Assembly (NCBI GenBank): GCA_047285805.1
Contig: JBJBCN010000003.1
Location: 704,001 to 768,000 of the forward strand
Source of the DNA: Synechococcus sp.
Lineage (GTDB): Bacteria; Cyanobacteriota; Cyanobacteriia; PCC-6307; Cyanobiaceae
DNA length: 64,000 bases
Reading direction: 5' to 3'
Shown: positions 50,020-60,791 of the stretch, piece by piece
Numbering within the stretch: position 1 is the first letter of the stretch
How the letters are laid out: each line of letters begins with the position of its first letter
Made by a program: the position numbers and the translations under genes
Notes under the pieces: model-generated
Database searches by the model: none
Told to the model about the DNA's origin: nothing
The model's input: the letters and a program-made list of their open reading frames with translations, nothing else

Positions 50020-52185
50020 CTAAACGCTGGCGCGGGCTGAATGCAGGAAAAAGCGGCGGTAGTCCGGGTCCTGATCCAGCAAATCCAGGAAGCGATCGCG
50101 GTCCAGCCGCAGCAACAGACCATCCCCCCGAGCCCGCACCGTGACGGCCCGCGGTTGATCCTCGATCAGGCCGGCATCGCCGAAGAAGTCCCCCTCTTCC
50201 ACCAGCCCCTGCTTGATCGGAATCCCGCCCCAGAGGTCGTCTTGAAGCACTTCCAAGGTGCCGGCCACCACGACGTAGAAGGCATCCGGCGCATCCCCTT
50301 CGCGGAAGACCTCCTCGCCGTGGCGGATGCGGTCGCTGACAAATTCCGCGGCCAGCCAGCGCAGCAGCTTTGGATCCACCCCATGGAAGAGGGGGATCGT
50401 GGCGAGGCGCTCGGGCGTGATCCGCACCCGTTGCGAGAGGTTGAAGCCGCTCATCTGGCGGTGCCAGAAGGAGGCATAGAGCCCGCCTGCGGCCAAGAGG
50501 TCGTTGTGGTGCCCGAGTTCCACCACCTGGCCGCGATCGATCACGGCGATCTGATCCATGGCCGCCGCCGCCCGCAGCCGGTGCAGGACGGAGACCACCG
50601 TGCGGCCCTCGCTGAGCCGGCACAGGGTGGCGTTGATGGCCTCTTCAGTGTTGGGGTCGAGGGCGCTGGTGGCCTCATCTAGCAGGAGCAGCCTCGGGTT
50701 GCGCACGATCGCCCGGGCGATGGCGATCCGTTGCTTTTGGCCGCCGGAGAGGCGACCTCCGCCTGAGCCCACCGGGGTTTGCAAGCCCTCCGGAAGGGTC
50801 TGGATGAGGTCCCCCAGCTCGGCGGCTAAGGCCGCCTCCAGTACCTCGTGATCGCTGGCCTCGAGGCGGCCCAGACGGATGTTGTCGGCGATGGAGAGAT
50901 CGAAAAGCACCGTCTCCTGGGGCACCAAGGCCAACTGCTCAAGCCATTGGCCGCGGTCGGTCTCGCTGAGGGGAATCCCATCGACCCGCAGACACCCGCG
51001 TTGCGGCTCGATCTGCCGCAGCAGGAGGCGCAGCACCGTGCTTTTCCCCCCTCCGCTGGGGCCCACAAGGGCCAGAGAGCTGTTGGCGGGGATGGTCAAG
51101 TTGAACTGGCTGAGCCCGCCTCCACCTGGGTAGCGGAACTGCACCTGCTCGATGGCCAGCTGTTGCCGCAGGTCCGGTGGGCAGGGCTCAATCTCCCGTG
51201 CCACCGCCGGCCGTTGCTCAGAGCGCCACGCCGCCGGCAACTCTTGCTCCAGCAGGTTCAGGGCGGTCGTGGCGGCCTGCAGCGGCAGCAGGGAGGCCCC
51301 CAATTGCCACATGCCACTGACCATGGCCGTGGCGATCCCCAGGGCCGAGACCAGTTGCCCGACCGTGAGTTGCTGCTCCAGCACCAGCCAGGTTCCGAGG
51401 GCGAACACGCTTACCAGGGTGAGCATCGCGGAGGCGGTCAGGGCGGCCTGCTGGAGGCCCGACATCGCCCCGACTCGCTGGGCCCAGCGCATCAACTCCC
51501 GGTTGCGTCGATTGAATTCCGAGCGGGTGGGGCTGCGGAGGCCAAAGAGATCCACGAGCTCCCGGCTGCGCAGGCGCTCGCTGGCGTAACTGAGCAGCAG
51601 GCCGGACTGCTCGACCCGTGCCTCTTCCCGCCGGGCCAGTGCCGGGGTGAAGGCCACCTGGCTTACAAGCAAGAGCGGGGTGAGCACGATCGCCACTAAG
51701 GCGAGCCGCCAGTCGCTGGTGAACAGCAGCAGCACCCCCAGCAACAGCTGGGCAACGGTCCAGGTGAACAGCGGCAGCTGGGTGACCACCACGTTTTCGA
51801 GGGTGGGAATCTGCAGGGCTAGCAAGCCCTGCTCATTGCCTTCGGCTCTGCCGTCGCTCGGGTTGGGTTGCTCCAGGAGTTGCCCGAACAGCCGATGGCG
51901 AAAGCTCGTCCCTAGTTGGCTTCCTAGGGCTGCAAACAAACGGATGGAGAGCCCATTGCAGGCCACAGCCACCAGCAACCAGGCGCAGGGCAGCAGGACG
52001 AGCAACGCCACCGGCGGGCCCCCGTTGGCTTTGCCAATGATCTGCTCGATGACCAGCTGCAGCAGTACCGGGATCCCGACCAGCAGCAGCGGGTCCGGGA
52101 GGACCGTGAGGATGGCCAGGACCGCCTTCAGCCTCTGGTTGCCGAAGTAGCGCCACAGTCTGAGGGGCAGCAGCAGAGGAAACAT
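50020..52185 (-). CDS. ABC exporter (TMD+NBD) with C-terminal cyclic-nucleotide-binding domain
   Basis: TM domain; GPSGGGKS, LSGGQKQR, DEATSALD; then IPLF...FREGDAPDAFYVVVAG...GDFFGDAGL...PRAVTVRA. Confidence 0.9.
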   Translation of the reverse strand: MFPLLLPLRLWRYFGNQRLKAVLAILTVLPDPLLLVGIPVLLQLVIEQIIGKANGGPPVALLVLLPCAWLLVAVACNGLSIRLFAALGSQLGTSFRHRLFGQLLEQPNPSDGRAEGNEQGLLALQIPTLENVVVTQLPLFTWTVAQLLLGVLLLFTSDWRLALVAIVLTPLLLVSQVAFTPALARREEARVEQSGLLLSYASERLRSRELVDLFGLRSPTRSEFNRRNRELMRWAQRVGAMSGLQQAALTASAMLTLVSVFALGTWLVLEQQLTVGQLVSALGIATAMVSGMWQLGASLLPLQAATTALNLLEQELPAAWRSEQRPAVAREIEPCPPDLRQQLAIEQVQFRYPGGGGLSQFNLTIPANSSLALVGPSGGGKSTVLRLLLRQIEPQRGCLRVDGIPLSETDRGQWLEQLALVPQETVLFDLSIADNIRLGRLEASDHEVLEAALAAELGDLIQTLPEGLQTPVGSGGGRLSGGQKQRIAIARAIVRNPRLLLLDEATSALDPNTEEAINATLCRLSEGRTVVSVLHRLRAAAAMDQIAVIDRGQVVELGHHNDLLAAGGLYASFWHRQMSGFNLSQRVRITPERLATIPLFHGVDPKLLRWLAAEFVSDRIRHGEEVFREGDAPDAFYVVVAGTLEVLQDDLWGGIPIKQGLVEEGDFFGDAGLIEDQPRAVTVRARGDGLLLRLDRDRFLDLLDQDPDYRRFFLHSARASV

Positions 52186-52235
52186 CGGCCGGCTCAACCA
52201 GCCAACCGATAGCAAGCAGCTGCAGTTTTGACCCC

Positions 52236-52580
52236 TTAGTAGCGGGGCACGCTGGGGTCGGCGGAAACACTCCAGGCATCTATACCCCCCTGCAGGTTTA
52301 GGACCTGCTCGTAGCCCTGGGCCTCCATCAGCCAGCAGGCAAATTGCCAGCTGCGAATGCCGGCATGGCAGAGCACGACCACCGGTACGTCTCGGTTGAT
52401 CAGGCTTGAGATCTGCTCAATCCAGGTCTCGGATTGGCTCAATGGGAGATGGATAACGGGCTGCTGGAGCCGCGCGAGTTCCAGCTCCATGGCTTCCCGC
52501 ACATCCACCAGTTGCAGTGTTTCTTCTGCGTCCAGTCGGCGCTTCAGTTCGCTGGCGCTGATGCTTGTGGGACTTGCCAT
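52236..52580 (-). CDS. Rhodanese-like protein
   Basis: LVDVRE, VLCHAGIRS, NLQGGIDAWS, VPRY. Confidence 0.93.
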   Translation of the reverse strand: MASPTSISASELKRRLDAEETLQLVDVREAMELELARLQQPVIHLPLSQSETWIEQISSLINRDVPVVVLCHAGIRSWQFACWLMEAQGYEQVLNLQGGIDAWSVSADPSVPRY

Positions 52581-52660
52581 CGCTGAACCCTACCGACGGC
52601 AACGGGGGTGCCAAAGATCGCCTTGATGCATAAAGATGAGGCCAATCCTGTAAGCAACGC

Positions 52661-54250
52661 ATGAAGGCCCGCCCCTTCTTGGCGGCACTGCTAGCGGTGG
52701 CGTTAGCGATGCTGAGCTTTGGCTTGGCGGGCTGGTGGCTGCTGCTGCAGCGCAGTCCCCTCGCGTTGCAACACCAGGCCCTCTCGATGCCGCTGGCGGC
52801 ACGCTTCGTCCCTCGGACCGCGCCCCTTAGCCTGCACTGGCTCGTCGGTCCTGATAAGCCCGCCGCCTACGCCAGGGCCGTCGCCCCTCCGCGGCAGCGC
52901 CGCCAGGCGGCGGCCGCCGCCGATCACCTGCGCGATGGGGCGTTTGCCGCCGCAGGCCTGGACTATTCCTCAGAACTTTCCCCTTGGCTTGGTGACGAAA
53001 GCAGTTTCGCTCTGCTGACCCCACCCGGTAGCGAGGAGGCCCCCGGCTGGGTCTTGGCCCTGCGCAGCCGTGACAACGAAGGGGCCCGTCGCTTCCTGCA
53101 GCGCTTTTGGCAGACCCGCAGCCTGGCGGGCACCGATCTGCAGATAACGAGCTATCGCGGCATGGGCCTGATCAGCGGCCGTGGGGCACTGTTGGGGCAG
53201 GACCCTCAACCTCTGGCTACGGCGCTGATCAATGACGACTTGGTCTTAATCGCCTCCGGTCGCGGCGTGCTCGAGCAGGCGCTCGATGTCTCCCAAATCG
53301 ATGAACTGAATCAGGCGGCCAGCGCCCCCATTCAAAAGGCCATCCAACGGCTGGACGAGGGGGTGGCGCTGCTGACGGCTCGCCCCGAAGCGATAGAGCA
53401 GTGGCTGGGCTTGCCGGTCGGAGATGACGCCGCATCGGTGGAGTTGGTGCTTGCGCTCACGCCGCAGGGATCCGGGCTTCAGGTCGATGGCCTGGCCGAG
53501 CTGCGGGATGCCCTACCCAGCTTGGGCCAGGTGAACAGCGAGCTCCTGCGTCAGGTGCAGGTTGCAGCCGACAGCTTGGCCCTACTGACCAATCCGGCTC
53601 AACTGCTCGCTGATCAGGACGCCAATAGTTGGAGCAGCCTGCTAGGTCCAGCCCTGACCAAGGCGCTGCAAAGTGAGAACGGTCCCCTGCCGGCCCTGGT
53701 GGCCGCGGCGGATTCGGGGCCCCTGCTCTGGGCCCACCAGAGTGAAGGCTGGTTGCTGGGCACCCGCGCGGATCGCCCAGCTGCGGAGACCCTGCAGCCC
53801 GCCCTGGAGGCCGATGGCTACAGCGTGTCTCCACTGGAGAGCCGCGGTCAGACCCTCCAGGCTTGGACCCGGCTGGAGTCGAACCCCGTGAAGGGCAACC
53901 CCGACCAGCTTCAGGCGCAGCTGGCTGGAGCGCGGGCGAGTCAAGGGGGCCTGGCCTGGTGGGGGCAAGGACTGGCGATCTTGAACCAGCAGCACGAAGG
54001 TCGTCGTTCGCCCCAGGATCGTCTCGATCAACTGGAGCTCTTGGGGGCACCCCAGGCACCGTTCCAGTGGTCAATGGATGCCGAGGCGGCCCAGGGCCTC
54101 TTGAGCCACTGGAAGCCCTGGCGGCTGGTGGGGACCCTCTCGAGCTCTTCCCTGACCCCGATGGTCGATGGGGCCGCTTTGAGCCTGGAGCCCGACGGCT
54201 CTGAGCAACGCAGCCTGCGGCTTCGGGCCCTCTTGCAACTGCACTCCTGA
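52661..54250 (+). CDS. DUF3352-like membrane-anchored protein
   Basis: N-terminal TM; AARFVP, LDYSSELSPWLG, FLQRFW; upstream of sixA-gltA. Confidence 0.75.
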   Translation: MKARPFLAALLAVALAMLSFGLAGWWLLLQRSPLALQHQALSMPLAARFVPRTAPLSLHWLVGPDKPAAYARAVAPPRQRRQAAAAADHLRDGAFAAAGLDYSSELSPWLGDESSFALLTPPGSEEAPGWVLALRSRDNEGARRFLQRFWQTRSLAGTDLQITSYRGMGLISGRGALLGQDPQPLATALINDDLVLIASGRGVLEQALDVSQIDELNQAASAPIQKAIQRLDEGVALLTARPEAIEQWLGLPVGDDAASVELVLALTPQGSGLQVDGLAELRDALPSLGQVNSELLRQVQVAADSLALLTNPAQLLADQDANSWSSLLGPALTKALQSENGPLPALVAAADSGPLLWAHQSEGWLLGTRADRPAAETLQPALEADGYSVSPLESRGQTLQAWTRLESNPVKGNPDQLQAQLAGARASQGGLAWWGQGLAILNQQHEGRRSPQDRLDQLELLGAPQAPFQWSMDAEAAQGLLSHWKPWRLVGTLSSSSLTPMVDGAALSLEPDGSEQRSLRLRALLQLHS

Positions 54251-54253
54251 ACC

Positions 54254-54814
54254 ATGGCGAGTCGCAAATGCGAGCTGCTGCTGGTGCGTCACGGCATCGC
54301 GGAAGATCGCAGTGAGGACCTCGATGATGCCCAGCTCAGCTTGACTCCGGAGGGCCGTGAGCGCACCAGCCAGCAGCTGGAGCGCCTGCTTGAGTTGGAC
54401 TTGTCCTGCGACCTGGTGCTCAGCAGTCCGCTCGTACGGGCCCGCCAGACCGCCGAATTGATCGTGAGTGCCGGCTTGGCGCCTGAGTTGGAGTTGGCGG
54501 CGGCCCTGACGCCCCTGGCGGACCCCCTGCCCCTCCTCGAGCGCTGGCTGGGGCCCCTTTCCCCTCGGCCCGGCTGGAAGCGTCTGGCGCTGGTGGGCCA
54601 TGAACCGGACCTGAGCACCCTGGCCGCCCTCTTGATCGGCGTGCCCATGGCCCGTGCCCCCCAGGCGATTCGGCTCAAGAAAGCGGGGGCCTTGCTGTTG
54701 CAATGGCCAGTGGCACCGGGGGCGGAGTTGCAGGGTTCAGCCCGTTTGGTGATGGTTCTGCCGCCGCGGGTGTTGCTCGGTCGACGACAGTCCCGAAGCG
54801 AGGGCGGGCCTTAG
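54254..54814 (+). CDS. sixA: Phosphohistidine phosphatase SixA-like
   Basis: LVRHGIA, SSPLVRARQTA, LVGHEPDL. Confidence 0.9.
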   Translation: MASRKCELLLVRHGIAEDRSEDLDDAQLSLTPEGRERTSQQLERLLELDLSCDLVLSSPLVRARQTAELIVSAGLAPELELAAALTPLADPLPLLERWLGPLSPRPGWKRLALVGHEPDLSTLAALLIGVPMARAPQAIRLKKAGALLLQWPVAPGAELQGSARLVMVLPPRVLLGRRQSRSEGGP

Positions 54815-54840
54815 GTTGCCGTTGAAGCAACCCCGATCCC

Positions 54841-56001
54841 ATGGCTGAGGAGGCAACCCCAACAGCAGCAACTCCGGCGTATCGCCCGGGTCTGGAAGGG
54901 GTGCCGGCGACGCAATCGGCGGTGTGCGATATCGACGGCCAGAAGGGGCTGCTGACCTACCGCGGGTACCGGGTCGATCAACTTGCCCAGCAGAGCACCT
55001 TCCTCGAGACCACCTATCTGCTGATCTGGGGCGAGCTTCCTGATGCGGAGCAGCTGGCGGCGTTTGAGCAGGAGGTGCAGATGCACCGGCGGGTCAGCTT
55101 CCGGATCCGGGACATGATGAAGTGCTTCCCGGCCAGCGGCCATCCGATGGACGCCCTGCAGAGCAGTGCGGCCTCCCTCGGGCTCTTTTATTCCCGTCGA
55201 GCCCTCGACAACCCTGAATACATCTATTCAGCGGTGGTGCGCCTAATCGCCAAGATCCCGACGATGGTCGCGGCGTTCCAGCTGATCCGCAAAGGCCAGG
55301 ATCCGATCCAGCCCCGGGATGGCCTGCCCTATGCAGCCAACTTTCTCTACATGCTCACAGAGCGGGAGCCCGATCCCCTGGCGGCACGGATCTTCGATGC
55401 CTGCTTGATCCTCCACGCCGAGCACAGTCTCAACGCCAGCACCTTCAGTGCGCGGGTGACCGCTAGCACCCTGACGGACCCCTACGCGGTGGTGGCCTCG
55501 GCGGTGGGCACCCTGGCGGGTCCCCTCCATGGCGGCGCCAACGAAGACGTCTTGGCCATGCTTGAAACCATCGGCTCCGCTGATCAGGTGCGGCCCTGGT
55601 TGGATCAGGCCATGGCGGAGAAGCGCAAGATCATGGGCTTCGGCCACCGGGAATACAAGGTCAAGGACCCCCGCGCCGTGATTCTGCAGAAATTGGCGGA
55701 GGAACTCTTCGACGAGTTCGGCCACGACCCCCTCTACGACCTGGCCCGGGAGCTGGAAGCGGTCGCCGCGGAGCGTCTGGGTCCCAAGGGGATCTATCCC
55801 AACGTCGACTTCTATTCCGGCCTGGTCTACCGGAAGCTGGGGATCCCCCAGGATCTGTTCACGCCGATCTTCGCGATCGCCCGCACCGCGGGCTGGCTGG
55901 CCCACTGGAAAGAACAACTGGGGGCCAACCGCATCTACCGCCCCACGCAGATCTACACCGGTTCGACCGGTCGCGATTGGCAGCCCATCGAAGGCCGTTA
56001 A
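54841..56001 (+). CDS. gltA: Citrate synthase
   Basis: GLEGV, LHAEHSLNASTF, GPLHGGANE, GFGHREYK, PNVDFYSG. Confidence 0.98.
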   Translation: MAEEATPTAATPAYRPGLEGVPATQSAVCDIDGQKGLLTYRGYRVDQLAQQSTFLETTYLLIWGELPDAEQLAAFEQEVQMHRRVSFRIRDMMKCFPASGHPMDALQSSAASLGLFYSRRALDNPEYIYSAVVRLIAKIPTMVAAFQLIRKGQDPIQPRDGLPYAANFLYMLTEREPDPLAARIFDACLILHAEHSLNASTFSARVTASTLTDPYAVVASAVGTLAGPLHGGANEDVLAMLETIGSADQVRPWLDQAMAEKRKIMGFGHREYKVKDPRAVILQKLAEELFDEFGHDPLYDLARELEAVAAERLGPKGIYPNVDFYSGLVYRKLGIPQDLFTPIFAIARTAGWLAHWKEQLGANRIYRPTQIYTGSTGRDWQPIEGR

Positions 56002-56042
56002 GGGCTGCGGCGGCCTAAGTTGCCTCCATCAAGAGACCACCC

Positions 56043-57185
56043 ATGGTGATCGCCAATCCCGCTGTCGTGAGTGCCGGACTCGACCTCGAGGCCAGCTTCA
56101 CCGACGTCTTGCAGGGCTTCGGCTTGTCGCCGGGGATGGCCCACTTGCTCTGGTTGCCGCTGCCGATGCTGGTGGTGTTGGTTGCCGCCGTGGTGGGCGT
56201 GCTGGTCAACGTGTGGTTGGAGCGGAAGATCTCGGCTGCCGTTCAGCAGCGCATCGGTCCTGAATATGCGGGTGCCTTGGGCATCCTTCAGCCACTGGCC
56301 GACGGCCTGAAGCTCCTCTTTAAGGAGGACATCATTCCGGCTCGGGCCGACGGCCTGCTCTTCACCTTGGGCCCTGTACTGGTGCTCGTTCCGGTGATCC
56401 TGAGCTGGCTTGTGGTCCCCTTTGGCCAGCACCTGCTCATCAGCAATGTCGGGGTGGGGATCTTTCTCTGGATCTCTCTGAGCAGCATCCAGCCCATCGG
56501 CCTGCTGATGGCCGGTTACGCATCTAACAACAAGTACTCCCTGCTGGGTGGCCTGCGCGCGGCAGCCCAGTCGATCTCCTACGAGATCCCCCTCGCCTTG
56601 GCCGTGTTGGCCGTGGTGATGATGAGCAACTCACTCAGCACCGTTGACATCGTCAACCAGCAGACGAGCGCCGGGATCCTCAGCTGGAACATTTGGCGCC
56701 AGCCCGTGGGCTTCGTCATCTTCTGGATCTGTGCCTTGGCGGAGTGTGAGCGCCTTCCCTTTGACTTGCCGGAGGCGGAGGAGGAGCTGGTCGCTGGCTA
56801 CCAGACCGAATACGCGGGCATGAAGTTTGCCCTCTTCTATCTGGGCAGCTACATCAACCTTGTGCTCTCGGCCCTGTTGGTGGCGGTGCTCTACCTGGGT
56901 GGTTGGGGGTTCCCCCTGCCGGTGGAATGGGTCGTGAACCTGACCGGCCAACCGATCGATGCTCCCCTGGTGCAGGTGATCACGGCCACGACCGGCATCG
57001 TGATGACCGTGCTGAAGGCCTACCTGCTGGTCTTCTTCGCGATCCTGCTGCGCTGGACCGTGCCCCGGGTGCGCATCGACCAGCTGCTGGATCTCGGCTG
57101 GAAGTTCCTGTTGCCGGTCGCCCTGGTCAACCTGCTCGTGACCGCCGGCTTCAAACTCGCTTTCCCGGCCTTCTTCGGCGGCTAA
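56043..57185 (+). CDS. ndhA: NDH-1 subunit A (NuoH)
   Basis: [46 protein letters not shown]. Confidence 0.99.
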   Translation: MVIANPAVVSAGLDLEASFTDVLQGFGLSPGMAHLLWLPLPMLVVLVAAVVGVLVNVWLERKISAAVQQRIGPEYAGALGILQPLADGLKLLFKEDIIPARADGLLFTLGPVLVLVPVILSWLVVPFGQHLLISNVGVGIFLWISLSSIQPIGLLMAGYASNNKYSLLGGLRAAAQSISYEIPLALAVLAVVMMSNSLSTVDIVNQQTSAGILSWNIWRQPVGFVIFWICALAECERLPFDLPEAEEELVAGYQTEYAGMKFALFYLGSYINLVLSALLVAVLYLGGWGFPLPVEWVVNLTGQPIDAPLVQVITATTGIVMTVLKAYLLVFFAILLRWTVPRVRIDQLLDLGWKFLLPVALVNLLVTAGFKLAFPAFFGG

Positions 57186-57261
57186 TTCTCAACCGCCTAC
57201 CCCCTTTGCCAGGTCGCCAGGCCATCATGGTGCCGGCGCTACCGCCCCTTCCCACCAATCC

Positions 57262-57858
57262 ATGTTCGGGTTCCTCAAGAAAGTCGGTGACTACACCCGC
57301 GATGCGGTGGGTGCAGCCAACTACCTCACCCAGGGGCTTTCGGTCACCTTTGACCACCTGCGCCGCAGGCCGATCACGGTTCAGTACCCCTACGAAAAAC
57401 TTATCCCGTCGGAGCGTTACCGCGGCCGAATCCACTACGAGTTCGACAAGTGCATCGCCTGTGAGGTGTGTGTACGCGTCTGCCCGATCAACCTGCCAGT
57501 GGTGGATTGGGTGATGAACAAGGCCACCAAGAAGAAGGAGCTCCGCAACTACTCCATCGACTTCGGGGTGTGCATCTTCTGCGGCAACTGCGTTGAGTAC
57601 TGCCCGACCAACTGCCTCTCGATGACCGAGGAGTACGAGTTGGCTGCTTTTGACCGCCACAGCCTTAATTACGACAACGTCGCCTTGGGACGGCTCCCCA
57701 CCAGCGTCACCAGCGATCCAGCTGTCGTCCCCCTTCGCGAGTTGGCCTATCTGCCGAAGGGGGAGATGGATCCCCATGGTGTTGATCCCAATCGCCCGCG
57801 GGCCGGCAAACTTCCCGCAGATGTCCTTGAGACCCTGCCGAACGAGAACAACGCCTGA
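57262..57858 (+). CDS. ndhI: NDH-1 subunit I
   Basis: [12 protein letters not shown] and [12 protein letters not shown]. Confidence 0.99.
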   Translation: MFGFLKKVGDYTRDAVGAANYLTQGLSVTFDHLRRRPITVQYPYEKLIPSERYRGRIHYEFDKCIACEVCVRVCPINLPVVDWVMNKATKKKELRNYSIDFGVCIFCGNCVEYCPTNCLSMTEEYELAAFDRHSLNYDNVALGRLPTSVTSDPAVVPLRELAYLPKGEMDPHGVDPNRPRAGKLPADVLETLPNENNA

Positions 57859-58457
57859 TGACCATCGCTTCCTCCACGCAGTTCATCTGCTTTGTCGTTC
57901 TCTCGGCCGTGGTGGCTATCGGTGCCCTCGGTGTTGTGCTGCTGCCAAGCATCGTCTACTCGGCCTTCCTGCTGGGTGGTGTCTTCCTTTCGGTGGCGGG
58001 CCTCTATCTGCTGCTGAATGCCAGCTTTGTGGCCGCAGCCCAGGTGCTTGTCTACGTCGGCGCGGTCAACGTGCTCATCCTGTTCGCGATCATGCTCGTG
58101 AATAAAAAGGAAGACCTGGCGGCTATTCCCGGTTTGGCAGTGCGTCGGCTCCTCTCCGGTGCCGTCTGCGGCGGCCTGTTTGTTCTGCTGCTGCGGGTGG
58201 CCTTCACCACCCCCTGGGCCCTGCCTGGTCCGATCCCCATCGGCGAAGAGGCAACTATTCGCATCGGCGAGCACCTTTTCAGCGATTACCTGCTGCCGTT
58301 TGAGCTGGCGTCGGTGCTTCTGTTGATGGCCATGATCGGTGCCATCGTCCTGGCCCGCCGCGACGTCTATAGCTCCGATGTGGTCACCGGTGAACCGGTC
58401 GACCAAGGCCTGATCGAGAAATCCCGCACGCCTCTGCTCCTGGAGAAAACCAACTGA
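57858..58457 (+). CDS. ndhG: NDH-1 subunit G (NuoJ)
   Basis: [30 protein letters not shown]. Confidence 0.98.
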   Translation: MTIASSTQFICFVVLSAVVAIGALGVVLLPSIVYSAFLLGGVFLSVAGLYLLLNASFVAAAQVLVYVGAVNVLILFAIMLVNKKEDLAAIPGLAVRRLLSGAVCGGLFVLLLRVAFTTPWALPGPIPIGEEATIRIGEHLFSDYLLPFELASVLLLMAMIGAIVLARRDVYSSDVVTGEPVDQGLIEKSRTPLLLEKTN

Positions 58458-58786
58458 TGACCATCGAGCTGCCCACCACGGTCCCTCTCGAGGCCTATCT
58501 CGCCCTGGCGGCGATTCTGTTTTGCACGGGTGTTTGGGGACTGATTAACAGCCGCAACGCCGTCAGGGTGCTGATGAGTATTGAGCTCATGCTTAACGCC
58601 GTGAACATCAACCTGATGGCGTTCTCTAGCTACCTCGATGGTCAGCTGATTCGCGGCCAGGTTTTCGCGATTTTCGTGATCACCGTGGCGGCGGCCGAGG
58701 CCGCCGTCGGTCTGGCGATTCTCCTCTCTCTGTATCGGAACCGTGAAACGGTGGATATGGAGCGTTTCAACTTGCTGCGTTGGTAG
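58457..58786 (+). CDS. ndhE: NDH-1 subunit E (NuoK)
   Basis: [23 protein letters not shown]. Confidence 0.98.
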   Translation: MTIELPTTVPLEAYLALAAILFCTGVWGLINSRNAVRVLMSIELMLNAVNINLMAFSSYLDGQLIRGQVFAIFVITVAAAEAAVGLAILLSLYRNRETVDMERFNLLRW

Positions 58787-58814
58787 CCAGGCTGGGCGCA
58801 AGCACAGCTGGCTT

Positions 58815-59726
58815 ATGCGCCTTGAGACCGTTTGGTTGATCCATCGAGCGGCCAGCCAGGCTGCCCTGCGCCAAGCCCGACGCTGTGCCCAAACCCTGCG
58901 GGATCAGGGCGTGAAGGTTGCTGTGGCCATGAGTGGGGCCAGCGCGAACCCCTTCCCTGGCCTGTTGGCCGATGAGGGCACTCATCCTGACTTGGCGGTG
59001 GTTTTGGGCGGCGATGGAACCGTGCTTGGGGCTGCTCGCCACTTGGCCCCCCTCGGGGTGCCGATCCTCTCCTTCAACGTCGGCGGTCACTTTGGCTTTT
59101 TGACCCAGGAGCGCAAGCTGCTGGGCCATGGCCATGAGGCCGAAGGCGCCTTCGACCTCTGGCAACGGCTGCGGGATGACCGCTTTGCCTTAGAGCGGCG
59201 GATGATGCTCGAGGCCCTCACCGACAGCAGCGGCACGGTCCACACGGCCCTCAATGACCTCTATCTGAGGCCGGGAATTGATGAGGTCACCCCCACCTGT
59301 GTTCTGGAGTTGGAGATCGACGGCGAGGTGGTCGACCAGTTTCGGGGTGATGGCTTGATCATGTCGACGGCCACCGGTTCCACGGGGTATTCCATGGCGG
59401 CGGGCGGGCCCATCCTTCACCCCGGCGTGGAGGCGATTGTGGTGAACCCGATCTGTCCGATGAGCCTCTCCAGCCGCCCGCTCGTGGTGCCACCACGGGC
59501 GCAATTGGCGGTCTGGCCGCTGGGTCCCACCAACAGTCGAGTACGCCTCTGGAAGGACGGGGCCTTTGCAGCTGTCCTCGAGCCCGGGGATCGCTGTGAT
59601 GTGCGCCGATCTCCCCATCACGCCTTGATGGTGCTGCTCGAGCAGAGCCCCTCCTACTACCGGACCCTGACCCATAAGTTGCATTGGGCCGGCAGTCTGA
59701 CGGCCTCTGAGCCCTCTCCGAACTGA
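58815..59726 (+). CDS. nadK: NAD+ kinase
   Basis: [39 protein letters not shown]. Confidence 0.96.
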   Translation: MRLETVWLIHRAASQAALRQARRCAQTLRDQGVKVAVAMSGASANPFPGLLADEGTHPDLAVVLGGDGTVLGAARHLAPLGVPILSFNVGGHFGFLTQERKLLGHGHEAEGAFDLWQRLRDDRFALERRMMLEALTDSSGTVHTALNDLYLRPGIDEVTPTCVLELEIDGEVVDQFRGDGLIMSTATGSTGYSMAAGGPILHPGVEAIVVNPICPMSLSSRPLVVPPRAQLAVWPLGPTNSRVRLWKDGAFAAVLEPGDRCDVRRSPHHALMVLLEQSPSYYRTLTHKLHWAGSLTASEPSPN

Positions 59727-59735
59727 ACTGCGCCC

Positions 59736-60248
59736 ATGGCCCTAGAGATTGAGCGTCGCTTCTTGGTTTCCGGCCAGAAGTGGCGCGGTGTGGTGGCGTG
59801 GCAGCGGGATTTCGCCCAGGGCTATTTGCCGAACTCTTCGGAGGCGATGACCTCACGGGTTCGCCTCGCTGGCCCCGAGGAGGCCTGGCTGACCCTCAAA
59901 TTCCCGGCTGGTGGCATCGCCCGCCAGGAGTTTGAGTACCCGATTCCAGCGATGGACGCCTCAGCCCTGCTGGAGCGCTGCAAGGCCAAGTTGATCAAGC
60001 GTCGTTATGGCTTGAACCTGCCCGGTGGTGAGTGGGTCCTGGATGTCTTTGATGGGGAGAACGCTCCCTTGGTGATCGCCGAGGTGGAGCTGGAGCAGGC
60101 GGATCAAGCTCTAGAGATACCCGGTTGGTGCCCCACAGAAATCACGGGCCTTGGTGCCTTCAGCAACGCAGCCCTGGCCAGCCATCCGTTTGGGCACTGG
60201 AGTGAGGCGGAGCAGGCCCCCTGGCGAGGCGCACTGGGCAATAACTGA
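59736..60248 (+). CDS. CYTH-domain protein
   Basis: EIERRFLV, QGYL, RVR, EFEYPI, AEVEL. Confidence 0.92.
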   Translation: MALEIERRFLVSGQKWRGVVAWQRDFAQGYLPNSSEAMTSRVRLAGPEEAWLTLKFPAGGIARQEFEYPIPAMDASALLERCKAKLIKRRYGLNLPGGEWVLDVFDGENAPLVIAEVELEQADQALEIPGWCPTEITGLGAFSNAALASHPFGHWSEAEQAPWRGALGNN

Positions 60249-60286
60249 GCTAGCTTAGGATTTGCTTAACGTTTGCTCGGATCGGA

Positions 60287-60463
60287 TTGCTCGGCCTCTA
60301 CGACCAGGACGGCGTACTTCGATGCTCCGGGCTCGATCAGGCCGAGTGTCTTGCTTATGCCGAGCTGTTTGCCTTGGCGGAGGGCGCGTTCAGCATCGAA
60401 CCCCTATTTGCTGCGGGGGACACCGGCTCTAGGCCTCGTCCCCAGGCAGGTTGCAGCAATTGA
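60287..60463 (+). CDS. Small hypothetical protein (58 aa, not in ORF track)
   Basis: TTG 60287: MLGLYDQDGVLRCSGLDQAECLAYAELFALAEGAFSIEPL..., TGA 60461-60463. Confidence 0.6.
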   Translation: MLGLYDQDGVLRCSGLDQAECLAYAELFALAEGAFSIEPLFAAGDTGSRPRPQAGCSN

Positions 60464-60698
60464 AGCCATCACGGCAGATCTTGCCGTGATCCATCGCCCA
60501 GTTCAGGAGTGCCACTCGGTTTTTGGCGCCGGTCTTGGTGAAGACGTTGCTCACGTGGTTGTCCACGGTGCGCTTGCTGATCATGAGGTGCTCGCCAATC
60601 TCTTGATTGGTCAGGCCTTGGGCCACCAGTTGGATGATTTCCAGTTCCCGCTCGGAGAGGTCCATGGGGGAATGGCCGAGGCTGCTTCGATCAGTCAT
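60429..60698 (-). CDS. pedR: Small LuxR-type HTH regulator, PedR-like
   Basis: LSERELEII...GLTNQEI...SKRTVDNHVSN...GKICRDGFNCC. Confidence 0.82.
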   Translation of the reverse strand: MTDRSSLGHSPMDLSERELEIIQLVAQGLTNQEIGEHLMISKRTVDNHVSNVFTKTGAKNRVALLNWAMDHGKICRDGFNCCNLPGDEA

Positions 60699-60791
60699 CC
60701 ATGCCCCGAGACACCTCGTCACTGTAGGCATCAGATCCCGTCTGGGCATGGCTGCGGTGGTTAATGATGGGCCCTGTTAAGCAGGGTTGTT

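Noticed and set aside
60273..60764. 163-aa plus-strand ORF
   Set aside because: Mostly antisense to the pedR-like gene; the plausible small gene is in another frame (60287-60463).
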